Shown: positions 48,832 to 58,577 of the stretch, piece after piece
Layout of the letters: each line of letters begins with the position of its first letter
How positions within the stretch are numbered: the stretch's first letter is position 1
From: a virus
Taxonomy: Duplodnaviria; Caudoviricetes
Reading direction: 5' to 3' (one strand)
IMG/VR virus record: IMGVR_UViG_3300000169_000002
Span: 1 to 64,000 of that record
DNA length: 64,000 bases
The notes under the pieces: model-generated
What the model was told of the DNA's origin: nothing
Databases searched by the model: none
Seen by the model: only the letters and a program-made list of their open reading frames with translations
Made by a program: the position numbers and the translations under genes

Positions 48832-50028
48832 ATGACCAATGAAATGAATGAAGCTGCAAAGATTTTGACCGAATCTCTGAAGGAGAACGTTTCGAAAATC
48901 CAAGCGAAAAAAGATCAACCGTTCCAAATGAAAATGAAAGCAAGCGTCATTGGTGTCGGCGCTGGCGGCGGAAATATTGCTCATCTTATGACGAAATATG
49001 GATACGATACCGCCGCGTTCAATACTACTCAAGCCGATATGGTCGACTTGGATGTGAAACACAAGGTTGTGATCAAGGGCGTGAACGGGTCTGGCAAAGA
49101 CCGCGCATTCTCGGCAACTGAGTTCAAGCGGTCGTACAAGGCGTTCTTTGATCATGACGGAATCAAGCAACTTATGAAAAATGATCTGATCTTCATTGTC
49201 GGCACCGGTGGTGGCGGTACGGGAACGATCATTTCTGTTATGACCGCCGCTTATCTCAAATCCGAGTACCCCAACAAGACAATCGTCATGATTGGGATTC
49301 TCGGGTCTATCAAGGAAGATCTTATTTCTCAGAAAAATATGCGTGAATTCATGTCCGATCTTGAAAACAAGCTGGAAGTTCCTTACCTGCTGTTTGACAA
49401 CAACCGAGTGAAGAACAAGATCGGAGATGACGTTTATGATCAAGTGAATAACGAGATCGTAAATGCTATCCGCATTTTGTCTAAAGAATTCTTTGTTGAA
49501 AACTCCAGGAGCAATATTGACGGTCGCGACTTCGCTCGGCTTACTTCTTTCAGGGGATTGATGTCAGTTGTGGCTATTGACAATCTGAATATCAGTGTGT
49601 CTGAGGAGCGGGTTGATTTGGTCAGCCGTGTTCGAAATGCCATCGAAAATTCGACCGTTATTACCACCGAAGCTCCTGATGCTTATGGATTCTTTATGAA
49701 TACAGATCCAGAGGTTTACAGCCTCATTGATATGACGTTTGATGATGTGCAAAATGAAATCGCCGGTATTCCAACAAGCGGTCTCGTATTCCGGCATCTT
49801 CAAAACCGGTCCGGAGAAGGCCCTGAATTTGCAATGATCATGACCGGCATGTCGGCACCGATTGCTCGGTTCAAAATGATTGAGCGTCGGATTGCTGAAT
49901 ATGAAAATGTGAAAGGAAAAGAAAGAATCCCTGTGGTTGAACGCGAATCGGAAGGCCCGCTGAGACTTGCCGGGGATGGGAAATCCGATGGCACTGGAAA
50001 AGGTGTATCGGCATTTGATAACTTCTGA
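48832..50028 (+). CDS. Tubulin/FtsZ-family GTPase (PhuZ/TubZ-like)
   Basis: IGVGAGGGNI, GSGKD, signature GGGGTGT, FDN, T7 loop NIDGRD. Confidence 0.9.
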   Translation: MTNEMNEAAKILTESLKENVSKIQAKKDQPFQMKMKASVIGVGAGGGNIAHLMTKYGYDTAAFNTTQADMVDLDVKHKVVIKGVNGSGKDRAFSATEFKRSYKAFFDHDGIKQLMKNDLIFIVGTGGGGTGTIISVMTAAYLKSEYPNKTIVMIGILGSIKEDLISQKNMREFMSDLENKLEVPYLLFDNNRVKNKIGDDVYDQVNNEIVNAIRILSKEFFVENSRSNIDGRDFARLTSFRGLMSVVAIDNLNISVSEERVDLVSRVRNAIENSTVITTEAPDAYGFFMNTDPEVYSLIDMTFDDVQNEIAGIPTSGLVFRHLQNRSGEGPEFAMIMTGMSAPIARFKMIERRIAEYENVKGKERIPVVERESEGPLRLAGDGKSDGTGKGVSAFDNF

Positions 50029-50045
50029 AGAAAGGCAGGAACCTT

Positions 50046-50993
50046 ATGAAAATTGAAATCAAAAATTATTCGAACAGGGAAGTTGGGCCGGTCGGTGATA
50101 GACCGGCCCGTTCCAAGAAACTCGAAAAAATTTATGAAACTCCTAAAAGCTTTCTAAAAGAGCCCCTGGAGGTGATTGAAATTTCCGTTCAAGAAAATCT
50201 TGAAACTCTCTTCAAGCACTATACGGACTGGCGGAGAGGGAATGGAAAGCGCCCTGAATATATATTCAACATGATTCAGGATTTTGCGTTCGTGTCCATT
50301 CTTCCTAAAATCGTTAGAAAGAATTATGATTTCATTATTAAACATGGGGAAGAATTTAGCGAGATCATTTCCACTGCCGTTTCTGAATTGACAAAACATC
50401 GGAGAAATCGGTATAAAGAAATGATTTCGATTTACTCTAGCATTTATGAAGAGCTTAACGAGCGTCGTATTAAAAAGATTATGTCTTTGGATTTGAAAGA
50501 CATTAATTGGGACGACGCTTTGAAACTCTGTATCGTTTCCCATGGCTCTCCGAGTCATACTATGAACAATACTTTGAAAATGATGTACAGCATTTTGAAA
50601 TTTAATGATTACGAAAGTGTTAGAAAGCTTCTGGTTAAGCTGTATGGAAAAAAAGACATGCCGAAAGTTGCTGTCTATATTCTTCTCGAAAAGCGACCAG
50701 ACTTTACTAAATCGAGTTGGATAGATTCCGAGCTGTATTCGGTTCTCACGAGTATAGCTTTGGATGAAATAAATAAGCTTGATAAGAAAGAGATCAAGAA
50801 ATTGTTGAAACTCTATTGCCATGAACGGAGAAAATCCGAATTTGAACAGTATATCCGAAGGAGAATTAGTCTCTCTTCAATTAATAAAGAAGATTACAAG
50901 AAAATTCGTAAAGTTATGAAGAAACTTGCAAAGAAAAATGAAATGTATAGAAATTTCCTTGATATGAACAATGTGAAAAAGAAAAATAAATAA
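50046..50993 (+). CDS. Basic helical hypothetical protein co-transcribed with the tubulin
   Basis: 315-aa ORF 17 nt after the tubulin stop; terminator follows. Confidence 0.75.
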   Translation: MKIEIKNYSNREVGPVGDRPARSKKLEKIYETPKSFLKEPLEVIEISVQENLETLFKHYTDWRRGNGKRPEYIFNMIQDFAFVSILPKIVRKNYDFIIKHGEEFSEIISTAVSELTKHRRNRYKEMISIYSSIYEELNERRIKKIMSLDLKDINWDDALKLCIVSHGSPSHTMNNTLKMMYSILKFNDYESVRKLLVKLYGKKDMPKVAVYILLEKRPDFTKSSWIDSELYSVLTSIALDEINKLDKKEIKKLLKLYCHERRKSEFEQYIRRRISLSSINKEDYKKIRKVMKKLAKKNEMYRNFLDMNNVKKKNK

Positions 50994-51087
50994 CCATGGA
51001 GGGGCTCATCCCCTCCATTTTATTTTTTCTTTATTATTTTTATATTAACAAAATAGAAAGAATTTAATGAGAAAGGATAAGTGAGAT

Positions 51088-51759
51088 ATGTTAAGATTGT
51101 ACAATCAAACTCCTGTATCGAGTGAAGTAACAGGTTGGGGAGTTTTTGCCACTCCTTCCAAAGATAAATCAAAGAAAAATTATCATATTGCCCTCAGAGG
51201 AACCGATAAAGGAATCAGACTCCCTATTGACAGGTATAAATATGAAGAACTTACTATTGTAGATTCTGGAATGGTATTCCCTGACATAAATAAATTTACA
51301 AAACTTTATTCTGTTTGTATTGGAGAAAATAAATATATCCCAGTTGTAACTCTTGCAGAAAATGAAGAAGAGGATAGAAATATTCTTATGTATAACTATG
51401 AGACTGGACCTGGAGAAGTTCTTACAGACGTACAGCTTTTCAATATGCAAGTAATCACTAGCTATATTACGAATAAAGATTTTAGGACAAGAATCACTAT
51501 TGCCGCCATTGATATTAATAATAAAGAGGACTTTGGGATTCAAATCAAATACGGATTTAATAATGGAAGAATTCTCCAAGTTGAAAAAATAATGTTTACA
51601 AGTTATCATACGATTAAAGAAACTAGTAAAAAATATGGCAATAATAAACAAGTTGAATATTTCTATATCGATACATCTCATGAGCACGCAACTGAACCTA
51701 TTTCTAAAAAGAATATTGAGGTTCCAAGAATTGATCTGTCTGAAATTTGCATTAATTAA
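51088..51759 (+). CDS. Hypothetical protein
   Basis: 223-aa ORF between two terminator hairpins. Confidence 0.75.
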   Translation: MLRLYNQTPVSSEVTGWGVFATPSKDKSKKNYHIALRGTDKGIRLPIDRYKYEELTIVDSGMVFPDINKFTKLYSVCIGENKYIPVVTLAENEEEDRNILMYNYETGPGEVLTDVQLFNMQVITSYITNKDFRTRITIAAIDINNKEDFGIQIKYGFNNGRILQVEKIMFTSYHTIKETSKKYGNNKQVEYFYIDTSHEHATEPISKKNIEVPRIDLSEICIN

Positions 51760-51817
51760 TAGATCAGATAAGAGATAGGAAGAAAGCTTCCTATCTCTTA
51801 TTTATTATTTATTTTTT

Positions 51818-51829
51818 AACACAAATATA
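51818..51829 (+). promoter_or_regulatory. Late-type promoter
   Basis: AACA-CAAATA-TA upstream of the recombinase. Confidence 0.5.
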
Positions 51830-51837
51830 CAATATGA

Positions 51838-53205
51838 ATGAGAGGAATGATAAATTTGGGTCTCCTCGAAATGATCCAAAAACAGCGTAAGGCTGAGAAA
51901 AAATTTGACGATATTGTAATTAATGAAATTAGCTATCCTACAGGTTTGCTTCCTCTTGATTACGCAAATGGTGTAAGAATAACATCTTATGATGAAAATG
52001 ATAGACCGATTGCAAAATTTGATTCTATCGGTATTGTTGGTGGGACATTTGTTACGACTATCGGGATTTCCGGAACAGGTAAAACAGCACTTGCTATTGA
52101 TATTGCAGTTTGTGGTATTCACAAATTTGGAGAAATGTCTGCCGTAGATCATTTCGATCTTGAGCTGGCATCCACTATGCAAAGACCTCTTACGATCACC
52201 AGAATAAAACCATCTCTTTTGAAGAAAACTTATGCAATTTATCGTGATCGTGCCGCAGAGGATGTTGTAGATATCTTCAAAACACACTGTCAATTGAAGC
52301 TCGATAATAGAAAACTTTTCACATATAAAACAGGCATTCGCAATATGTTTGGCGAAGAAATTGAAGAGCTTTATCCGTCATTTTCTTTGATCGATTCGTT
52401 TGCAATGTTCAAATCTGGAGAACTTGATTTGGGCAAAAAGAAAGTTGAGGATATTACGAATAATATGCAAGCGGCAACTTCCGCAAAGTTTAATAAAGCT
52501 ATTCTCTCTCAAATGCTTGCATATGGAAAGAAAGCAAATGTTGGCATTATTGCCGTTAACCATATTAACCAAGACGTAAACACAGGCTTCTTACCAAAGC
52601 CGAGTCAACATATGTATTTATCCCAAGGAGAAACGATGCCTGGCGGCACAGCATCTTTGTACCTTGCGAATAACATCATCAAATTGAAACTGATTAAGAA
52701 GTACAATATCGACAAACCGGATACCATGGAATATGGAATTCCTGGTTTCTTGGTTGAAGCGAAATTTATCAAATCTCGTACAAATGCATCGAACGTGCCA
52801 GTTGAACTGGTATTTGACCATCGCAGAGGCGGATTTTCCAAAATCTTGACTCTGTTTAATTATGCTGTGAAGAATGAACTTCTTCTCGGGAATAACAGGG
52901 GATACTATCTGCCTGGTCTTGAAAGTGTTAAATTCACGAAGAAAACGTTTAAAGACGTTGTTATAAAATCTCCTGAAGTTCTTGAAGCTTTGTATGAAGC
53001 TTGCAAACCTCATCTTGAAACTATGCTTTCTACCGATATTGGAAGATTGAGTTCGTCCGAATCTGAAACCCAAAAAATTGATGCAATGTATCTGGCCCTT
53101 GAAGAGCATGAAAAAGATATTGAATTCTATAGGGATCAAGGTTGGACAGATTTCATTAACGGTAAAACAGATTTTAATCGTAAAAAATTCTGGTACAAAA
53201 AATGA
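51838..53205 (+). CDS. RecA/UvsX-like recombinase
   Basis: PTGLLPLD, Walker A GISGTGKT, DLE, IDSFA, VNHI, PGG, KSR. Confidence 0.85.
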   Translation: MRGMINLGLLEMIQKQRKAEKKFDDIVINEISYPTGLLPLDYANGVRITSYDENDRPIAKFDSIGIVGGTFVTTIGISGTGKTALAIDIAVCGIHKFGEMSAVDHFDLELASTMQRPLTITRIKPSLLKKTYAIYRDRAAEDVVDIFKTHCQLKLDNRKLFTYKTGIRNMFGEEIEELYPSFSLIDSFAMFKSGELDLGKKKVEDITNNMQAATSAKFNKAILSQMLAYGKKANVGIIAVNHINQDVNTGFLPKPSQHMYLSQGETMPGGTASLYLANNIIKLKLIKKYNIDKPDTMEYGIPGFLVEAKFIKSRTNASNVPVELVFDHRRGGFSKILTLFNYAVKNELLLGNNRGYYLPGLESVKFTKKTFKDVVIKSPEVLEALYEACKPHLETMLSTDIGRLSSSESETQKIDAMYLALEEHEKDIEFYRDQGWTDFINGKTDFNRKKFWYKK

Positions 53206-53220
53206 TTTTACATCCTAAAA

Positions 53221-53230
53221 TATATATTAT
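53221..53230 (+). promoter_or_regulatory. Early-type promoter
   Basis: AAAATATATATTATT upstream of 53285 and 53631. Confidence 0.65.
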
Positions 53231-53284
53231 TATCGTGGATAGGATTCGAGTTCCTATCCACGATAATGTATTTAGGGTGATAAA

Positions 53285-53644
53285 ATGTCTAAATTAAAGA
53301 TTGATCAAATTGTAGAAGATTGTATACTTTTAAGCACAAGCTTACCACAGATATCTGTGGCCGAGTGTATTGAATTGACAAAGATTGTTCATTCTCATAA
53401 TTGTAGAGTATGCGATTACCCGGAATATCAAAGTAAATTCATTCAACATCCTGAAGAAATTATTTTACATTTAAAATCAATTATCGTTAATAACGATTTT
53501 GAAGCAGTTATTTTTAATAAACGTGTAGCCGATAGGACTTATAAAATAATTATTAAATTTATTCAATTAGATTCAAAAAATATGGCACAAATTTTGATAT
53601 ATAAAAGCGAACCTGACAGGAGGATTCCCGATGCTTCAACCTGA
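53285..53644 (+). CDS. Hypothetical protein
   Basis: 119-aa ORF with AGGGTG RBS, overlapping the RNAP gene start. Confidence 0.65.
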   Translation: MSKLKIDQIVEDCILLSTSLPQISVAECIELTKIVHSHNCRVCDYPEYQSKFIQHPEEIILHLKSIIVNNDFEAVIFNKRVADRTYKIIIKFIQLDSKNMAQILIYKSEPDRRIPDAST

Positions 53645-55715
53645 GCAAATGGAAGAACTTGACCGAATTGCAAGTGAACTGAAAAACATTGACCATGCAT
53701 ATGGGAGCGGGTTATTCATCCCGTTGGGTAACAAAGTAAACTCTTCCCGTGCAGCTTTGGTTTATCAACAAATTGGCCAGTCTAAAAATTTGGAAAAGCC
53801 TGAAATTCCAAGAATCGTGACCGGCTATGAAAAAGCCTTTGGTGATAGATCCACGTCTTATCTCAAAGCTGATAGAAGATATGAAGTCGTCGAAAAGATT
53901 AGAAAATTCGATAATGATTATGTATATGCATTGGTAGTTAAAGAAGTAGGAAGAAACTATTATGACATTATTTTCAGAAATGAAGTTGAATCCTTCGCAG
54001 AATCTGCTGGTGTGCGAATGGATAATGAAAATATTGATTCTAAGAAAGTTGGAGATATTATTGAGGAAGGAGAAATTCTCTATAAGTCCCGCTCCTATGA
54101 TGAAAATATGAACTATCGCCTTGGTATCAATGCAAAAACCTTGTATCTCGTTGATCCGGCGATTGTTGAGGATGCATTTAGAATTTCTGATACACTTGCA
54201 AAAAGGTTGAAAACTACTGAAGTGAATACGTTCAAGATCCCTAAAAATACTAACGATATTCTGCTTAACTTGTATGGGGATAATGAAGAATATAAAGCAT
54301 TTCCGGATATCGGCGAAAAGGTAAAGAATAAAGTTCTGTGTGGGCGACGCAGAATTGACTATAACAATGCTCAATATATGCTGAAGAGCAAAAATCTTAG
54401 AAAAGAAATGTTTGGAGATACACTTTATTATACTGAAGGAACTGTCATCGATATTGACATCTTTTCGAACATCCCTATCGAAGAAGTTCCGAATGATAAA
54501 GTTAACAAACAAATTCTCAAGTATATGAAAATGATTAATAGATATTGGCAAGAGCTTAAGAGGGTATTGGGTCGAATCGTTGAAAATCCTGAAAACGAAT
54601 ATTCCGATCAGATCGGAATTACCTATGCCAGGGCTAAAGACGTGATGAGTATTGGTAAATATGTAAAATGGGATGACGACGGCTCGATTTTCGATAGCAT
54701 GATTATCTATATTACTGTGGTGAATACAAAAAATGCTGTTATTGGAACGAAACTTGTGGGTCGCCATGGTAATAAAGGTGTCGTTTCAGAAATTGTTCCT
54801 GAAAAATATATGCCAAAGAGCGAAGATGGTGAACATGCTGAAATTATTTTCAGTGCGCTCAGTGTAATTGGGCGACTTAATCCGTCTCAGCTTTATGAAT
54901 TGGAATTGAACTGGATTGTTGATGAAATTCTATCTGGCGACGTTTCAAATAAAAAGAAATTTGAGGCTTTGTTGGATTTCCTCTCTATCTGTAATCCGGA
55001 TCAGGAGAAACAAGTTAGAGAATTTTATGAATCTCTCAATAAAGAAGAGAAAGAAGAATTTCTTTCTCAAATAACTAAAGAATTCGTAGTATTTCAACCT
55101 CCGAGCATGTCTATTAGTTTTAAAAATTATGGTGAACTGATCGAGAAATTCAAACCGAAAAAGAAGAAGTTCACCATTATGGACGAATCTGGTAAAGTGT
55201 TTAATATCCAAAGAAAACTTATTATGTCTGATACGTATATTTATAGATTGAAACATGAACCGATTACAAAATTCTCGGTCAGATCTAAAGGTACGATCAA
55301 TCCTAGAACTTTCCTTCCGATTAAATCTCATGCATATAGCAGAGGGACTGCACTGTTTAACAATCAGGCAATACGGATTGGAAATATGGAAATGGATATT
55401 CTCAATTTGTGTAATGACCCTGCGGCTATTAACTATTTCACGCGACTGTATTGCACATCTGTGATTGGGCGTCGCGAATTTGCACAGTTGTTGTATACAA
55501 ACTTGTTTTCTGAAGATCTTGAAATTGAAATGGAGAATCCAAAGTCCAGGGTTGTTGACCTGTTCAATGCTACATTTATGGTATGTGGTATGGCTTTGGA
55601 ATTTGAATATGGAAAAACTAAGGATGTTGAGGAATTCTTCCTTGAAGAACTGAAACAGATGGACAAGAAAACAATCAAAGTAGTATTTGGTGGATGGGAT
55701 AAATTAAGAGTATAA
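53631..55715 (+). CDS. RNA polymerase beta subunit, C-terminal half (probably non-virion RNAP)
   Basis: TGYE, EDA, GTKLVGRHGNKGVVS, GRLN, YIYRLKH, RIGNME; early-type promoter. Confidence 0.92.
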   Translation: MLQPEQMEELDRIASELKNIDHAYGSGLFIPLGNKVNSSRAALVYQQIGQSKNLEKPEIPRIVTGYEKAFGDRSTSYLKADRRYEVVEKIRKFDNDYVYALVVKEVGRNYYDIIFRNEVESFAESAGVRMDNENIDSKKVGDIIEEGEILYKSRSYDENMNYRLGINAKTLYLVDPAIVEDAFRISDTLAKRLKTTEVNTFKIPKNTNDILLNLYGDNEEYKAFPDIGEKVKNKVLCGRRRIDYNNAQYMLKSKNLRKEMFGDTLYYTEGTVIDIDIFSNIPIEEVPNDKVNKQILKYMKMINRYWQELKRVLGRIVENPENEYSDQIGITYARAKDVMSIGKYVKWDDDGSIFDSMIIYITVVNTKNAVIGTKLVGRHGNKGVVSEIVPEKYMPKSEDGEHAEIIFSALSVIGRLNPSQLYELELNWIVDEILSGDVSNKKKFEALLDFLSICNPDQEKQVREFYESLNKEEKEEFLSQITKEFVVFQPPSMSISFKNYGELIEKFKPKKKKFTIMDESGKVFNIQRKLIMSDTYIYRLKHEPITKFSVRSKGTINPRTFLPIKSHAYSRGTALFNNQAIRIGNMEMDILNLCNDPAAINYFTRLYCTSVIGRREFAQLLYTNLFSEDLEIEMENPKSRVVDLFNATFMVCGMALEFEYGKTKDVEEFFLEELKQMDKKTIKVVFGGWDKLRV

Positions 55716-55830
55716 ATAAATACCGGAATATATTTCGGGGAGTAGTATCTTCGCTAAAACATTGATTGATTAAAAGTGTGCAGCCATTTCAAGTGGCTGC
55801 ACACTCAAATTCTTATTATTTTTTACAAAA

Positions 55831-55840
55831 TATATATTAT
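55831..55840 (+). promoter_or_regulatory. Early-type promoter
   Basis: AAAATATATATTATT upstream of the ligase. Confidence 0.65.
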
Positions 55841-55878
55841 TAATATAGTGATAAAAGATAAGGAGGACTAAGCAGTTA

Positions 55879-58077
55879 ATGTCTAAACTTTTAAAGAAGT
55901 CCAATAAACTTCTACGAAAAATCGAAGATGGAAAATATGTCTCAGCAGTTATTGGATTACAAGATCCAGATATTATTATGGATCTTCATGAAATAACTTT
56001 TAAGCCGGATAAATCTGTTACAAAAGAAGAGCTTGAGGCTGTTGAAAATATTCTTAAAGTAAGTAAAGCACTCTACGAACTTAATCAATATATGAGTGGA
56101 TTTGTGTACAAACTTATGCCCGATGAAATGTATGACAGGCTTATTGAGAAATATAAAAATATCACGGGCGGGAAAGAACCATTTCAATCTTTCATTCCAT
56201 CTGGGATGAGAAGTGTGGAACAGGATTTTCCTGAACTGTCTGGTACTTTGGATAAAGTTTATGAGATTTATGATACTACAAATAAACCTTCTTTGGAGAA
56301 GTGGCTCAGGAAAATAATGAAAGAACTTAATGTTAAAAAACTGAAGCTTCTTGTAACTCCGAAGTTTGATGGAACTTCCGTAACTGTAACTTATGACAAA
56401 AGTGAAAGTAAAAGCCATATTGTATATCCAGTAAAAGCATTGACTCGTGGAGATTTCGAAAGAAATCTTGGAGTTGATCTGTCTAACATTCTCAAAGGTG
56501 TGGATTCTGTTTATGTAACAAGTACCGATTTCTATAACACTATTCCCAGAAGATTTGGGGTCCAGTATGAAGCAATGATTACTGAATATGGAAGGAAAAG
56601 ACTTTCTGAGGTCGTAGGAATTAATTATTCTACAAGAAGGGCGGCAATTGCTTCAGCTCTTAAAAGATTGACAAATCCAAAAACAACTGTTGAGGAGGCA
56701 AAGGAAATCAATAAGTGTATAACCCTTGTCCCTCTTATGGTTGACAATTATTTTATGCAGACATTCAGAAGAAAGATGAGTTTACACGATCTTATGATCG
56801 CAGTAAACTTTAATTTCTATATATGTGATGCTGAAAACACACTTAGCTTTGAAATAAAGTCTATCCATGGAGATATTGATTATCTGCTTTCTAAATTTAA
56901 AGAAATAGTTGAGGACTATGTAAACAGAAGAAACAGTATGAACTATAGTATTGATGGATTGGTTCTGACTATTGACGATTATAATCATATAGCGAAACTT
57001 GGAAGATCCAGTAACAAGAATAAGTGGCAAATTGCATATAAATTCGATGCCTTGACACAAAGAACGAGAATTACTGGAATCATTCCAACAATGGGAAAAC
57101 AAGGTTTCATTGGAGCCAATATCACATTCGAACCAATTGAATTTAATGGTGTTCGGTACGAGAAAGCTCCAGTGAATAATATTACAAGATTTCGTGAACT
57201 TGATCCTCATATTGGGGATGAAGTGATTGTATCCTATAACGCTGATGTTATGGGGTATATTTATAAAGATGAAACATGTACGCCTAGTAAAAATGGGGAA
57301 CCTCTTGAACTTCCAACCCATTGTATAAAATGTGGCGAACCACTAACTGTGGCTAAGGATATGTTGAAATGTGTGAATGATGACTGTCCTGGCCATAAAG
57401 TGGGAAAAATTCTTGAGACCATCCGTATATTTGACCTGGACTTTTTCGGCGAAGAAACTGCAAATGACCTCGTCGATAAAGCTGGAATCTCAGATACAAT
57501 TGAGTTCATACAAATGAAATATGAAGACTTGGCTAAAGTCCTCAAAGGTCTTAATTTGGAAAAAGCCTGGGAAGAGTTTCAAAATAAAATTAAAGCCCCG
57601 ATTGAATATCCCAAAGTAATTGACCTTTTGAGGATTCCAAGTCTTAGAACAAAAACTGCTGAAAAGATCCTTGAAGATATTCCTATAAACCAGCTCGAAG
57701 AATGGATGAAAACTGGTAATGTCAAAGAGTTATATTCCGCTCTGAAAAAAGTCAAAGGAATTGACAAAAAGGCAGATGAGTTTGCGATTGCATTGGTAAA
57801 TGCATATGAGGAATTTTCACAACTCAAGAAACTTCTTAACTGTGTAGACTCTAGTGGTAAGGAATACAATAAAGTTATTTTGGTATCAGGTTTTAGAAGC
57901 AATTCCGAATTTGACTCTATCTGCAAAAAGTTAAATTTTAAAGTAATTGAAACAGGTAGTAAATATGATTTATTGGTAGTAACTCCTGAGAGGCTCGATG
58001 GGAAGAAAGCATTACAGGCAAGAAAGAAAGGCATTCCTATAATGCTTCTTTCAGAGTTCATCAGGACATATTCTTAA
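55879..58077 (+). CDS. ligA: NAD-dependent DNA ligase
   Basis: KFDG adenylation motif, TRGD, IDGLV, IAYKF, CIKC..C...C zinc finger, HhH region, BRCT-like C-terminus. Confidence 0.9.
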   Translation: MSKLLKKSNKLLRKIEDGKYVSAVIGLQDPDIIMDLHEITFKPDKSVTKEELEAVENILKVSKALYELNQYMSGFVYKLMPDEMYDRLIEKYKNITGGKEPFQSFIPSGMRSVEQDFPELSGTLDKVYEIYDTTNKPSLEKWLRKIMKELNVKKLKLLVTPKFDGTSVTVTYDKSESKSHIVYPVKALTRGDFERNLGVDLSNILKGVDSVYVTSTDFYNTIPRRFGVQYEAMITEYGRKRLSEVVGINYSTRRAAIASALKRLTNPKTTVEEAKEINKCITLVPLMVDNYFMQTFRRKMSLHDLMIAVNFNFYICDAENTLSFEIKSIHGDIDYLLSKFKEIVEDYVNRRNSMNYSIDGLVLTIDDYNHIAKLGRSSNKNKWQIAYKFDALTQRTRITGIIPTMGKQGFIGANITFEPIEFNGVRYEKAPVNNITRFRELDPHIGDEVIVSYNADVMGYIYKDETCTPSKNGEPLELPTHCIKCGEPLTVAKDMLKCVNDDCPGHKVGKILETIRIFDLDFFGEETANDLVDKAGISDTIEFIQMKYEDLAKVLKGLNLEKAWEEFQNKIKAPIEYPKVIDLLRIPSLRTKTAEKILEDIPINQLEEWMKTGNVKELYSALKKVKGIDKKADEFAIALVNAYEEFSQLKKLLNCVDSSGKEYNKVILVSGFRSNSEFDSICKKLNFKVIETGSKYDLLVVTPERLDGKKALQARKKGIPIMLLSEFIRTYS

Positions 58078-58082
58078 TTTAA

Positions 58083-58094
58083 AACAATATATTA
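58083..58094 (+). promoter_or_regulatory. Late-type promoter for the ncRNA
   Basis: AACA-ATATAT-TA; predicted +1 at 58094 is the first base of the long closing stem. Confidence 0.6.
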
Positions 58095-58391
58095 GGATGC
58101 GGAAAAGTGTGATGAGTCATATTAAGCAAGGTTAAGGGGAACCGTCGAATCCGGCATTTGGTTCTTTTGAAAAACTGAGACTTCGAATTATCCCGCCTAA
58201 TACGATAGGGATGATTATAGCAATCTTGCCTCGGATTTTTCCGTCTGGGTTAATTAGCTGTGGGCTATTAACTGTCGCGGGAAGAGAAGAGAAACTTGCT
58301 GAAGTTCTCAGAAAAGAGCGGCAATGCTGGTAGATGGTAAATTGTTTGGTGGGGGTAAGTTAATAGACTCATTATCACACTCCGCTATCCT
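58094..58391 (+). ncRNA. Candidate ~300-nt structured non-coding RNA, family not recognised
   Basis: 5' and 3' ends pair over about 30 bp, several internal hairpins with G-U pairs, no credible ORF, flanked by a promoter and a terminator-like hairpin. Confidence 0.7.
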
Positions 58392-58400
58392 TAATATAGA

Positions 58401-58437
58401 GGCCAGGAGTCTTATAGACTCCTGGCCCAATCACTTT
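58401..58437 (+). terminator. Strong hairpin closing the ncRNA transcription unit
   Basis: GGCCAGGAGTC/GACTCCTGGCC perfect 11-bp stem; the T tract is weak. Confidence 0.6.
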
Positions 58438-58459
58438 AAAATTTCAATTTTTAGAGAAG

Positions 58460-58577
58460 TATATATTATTGTATTGGTAAAGAAACATCTTTATCGAACT
58501 ATAGTATTAATTATGGGGTGATGTTTATAGAAATATAAGTGAATAAAATTCACTTACTTTTGGAAAATATATATTAT
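58460..58577 (+). promoter_or_regulatory. Tandem early-type promoters (58460-58469 and 58568-58577)
   Basis: Two TATATATTATT copies upstream of 58649. Confidence 0.6.

Noticed and set aside
58094-58391. tmRNA, RNase P RNA, SRP RNA or group I intron identity for the structured RNA
   Set aside because: No tRNA-like acceptor/T-arm ends, no GAGGAAAGUCC P4 motif, no SRP helix-8 motif and no interrupted gene. The GGATTCGAC on the minus strand lacks tmRNA context.
58324-58521. 65-aa ORF in the ligase-58649 gap
   Set aside because: No good RBS; it runs through the ncRNA closing stem, the hairpin and an early promoter
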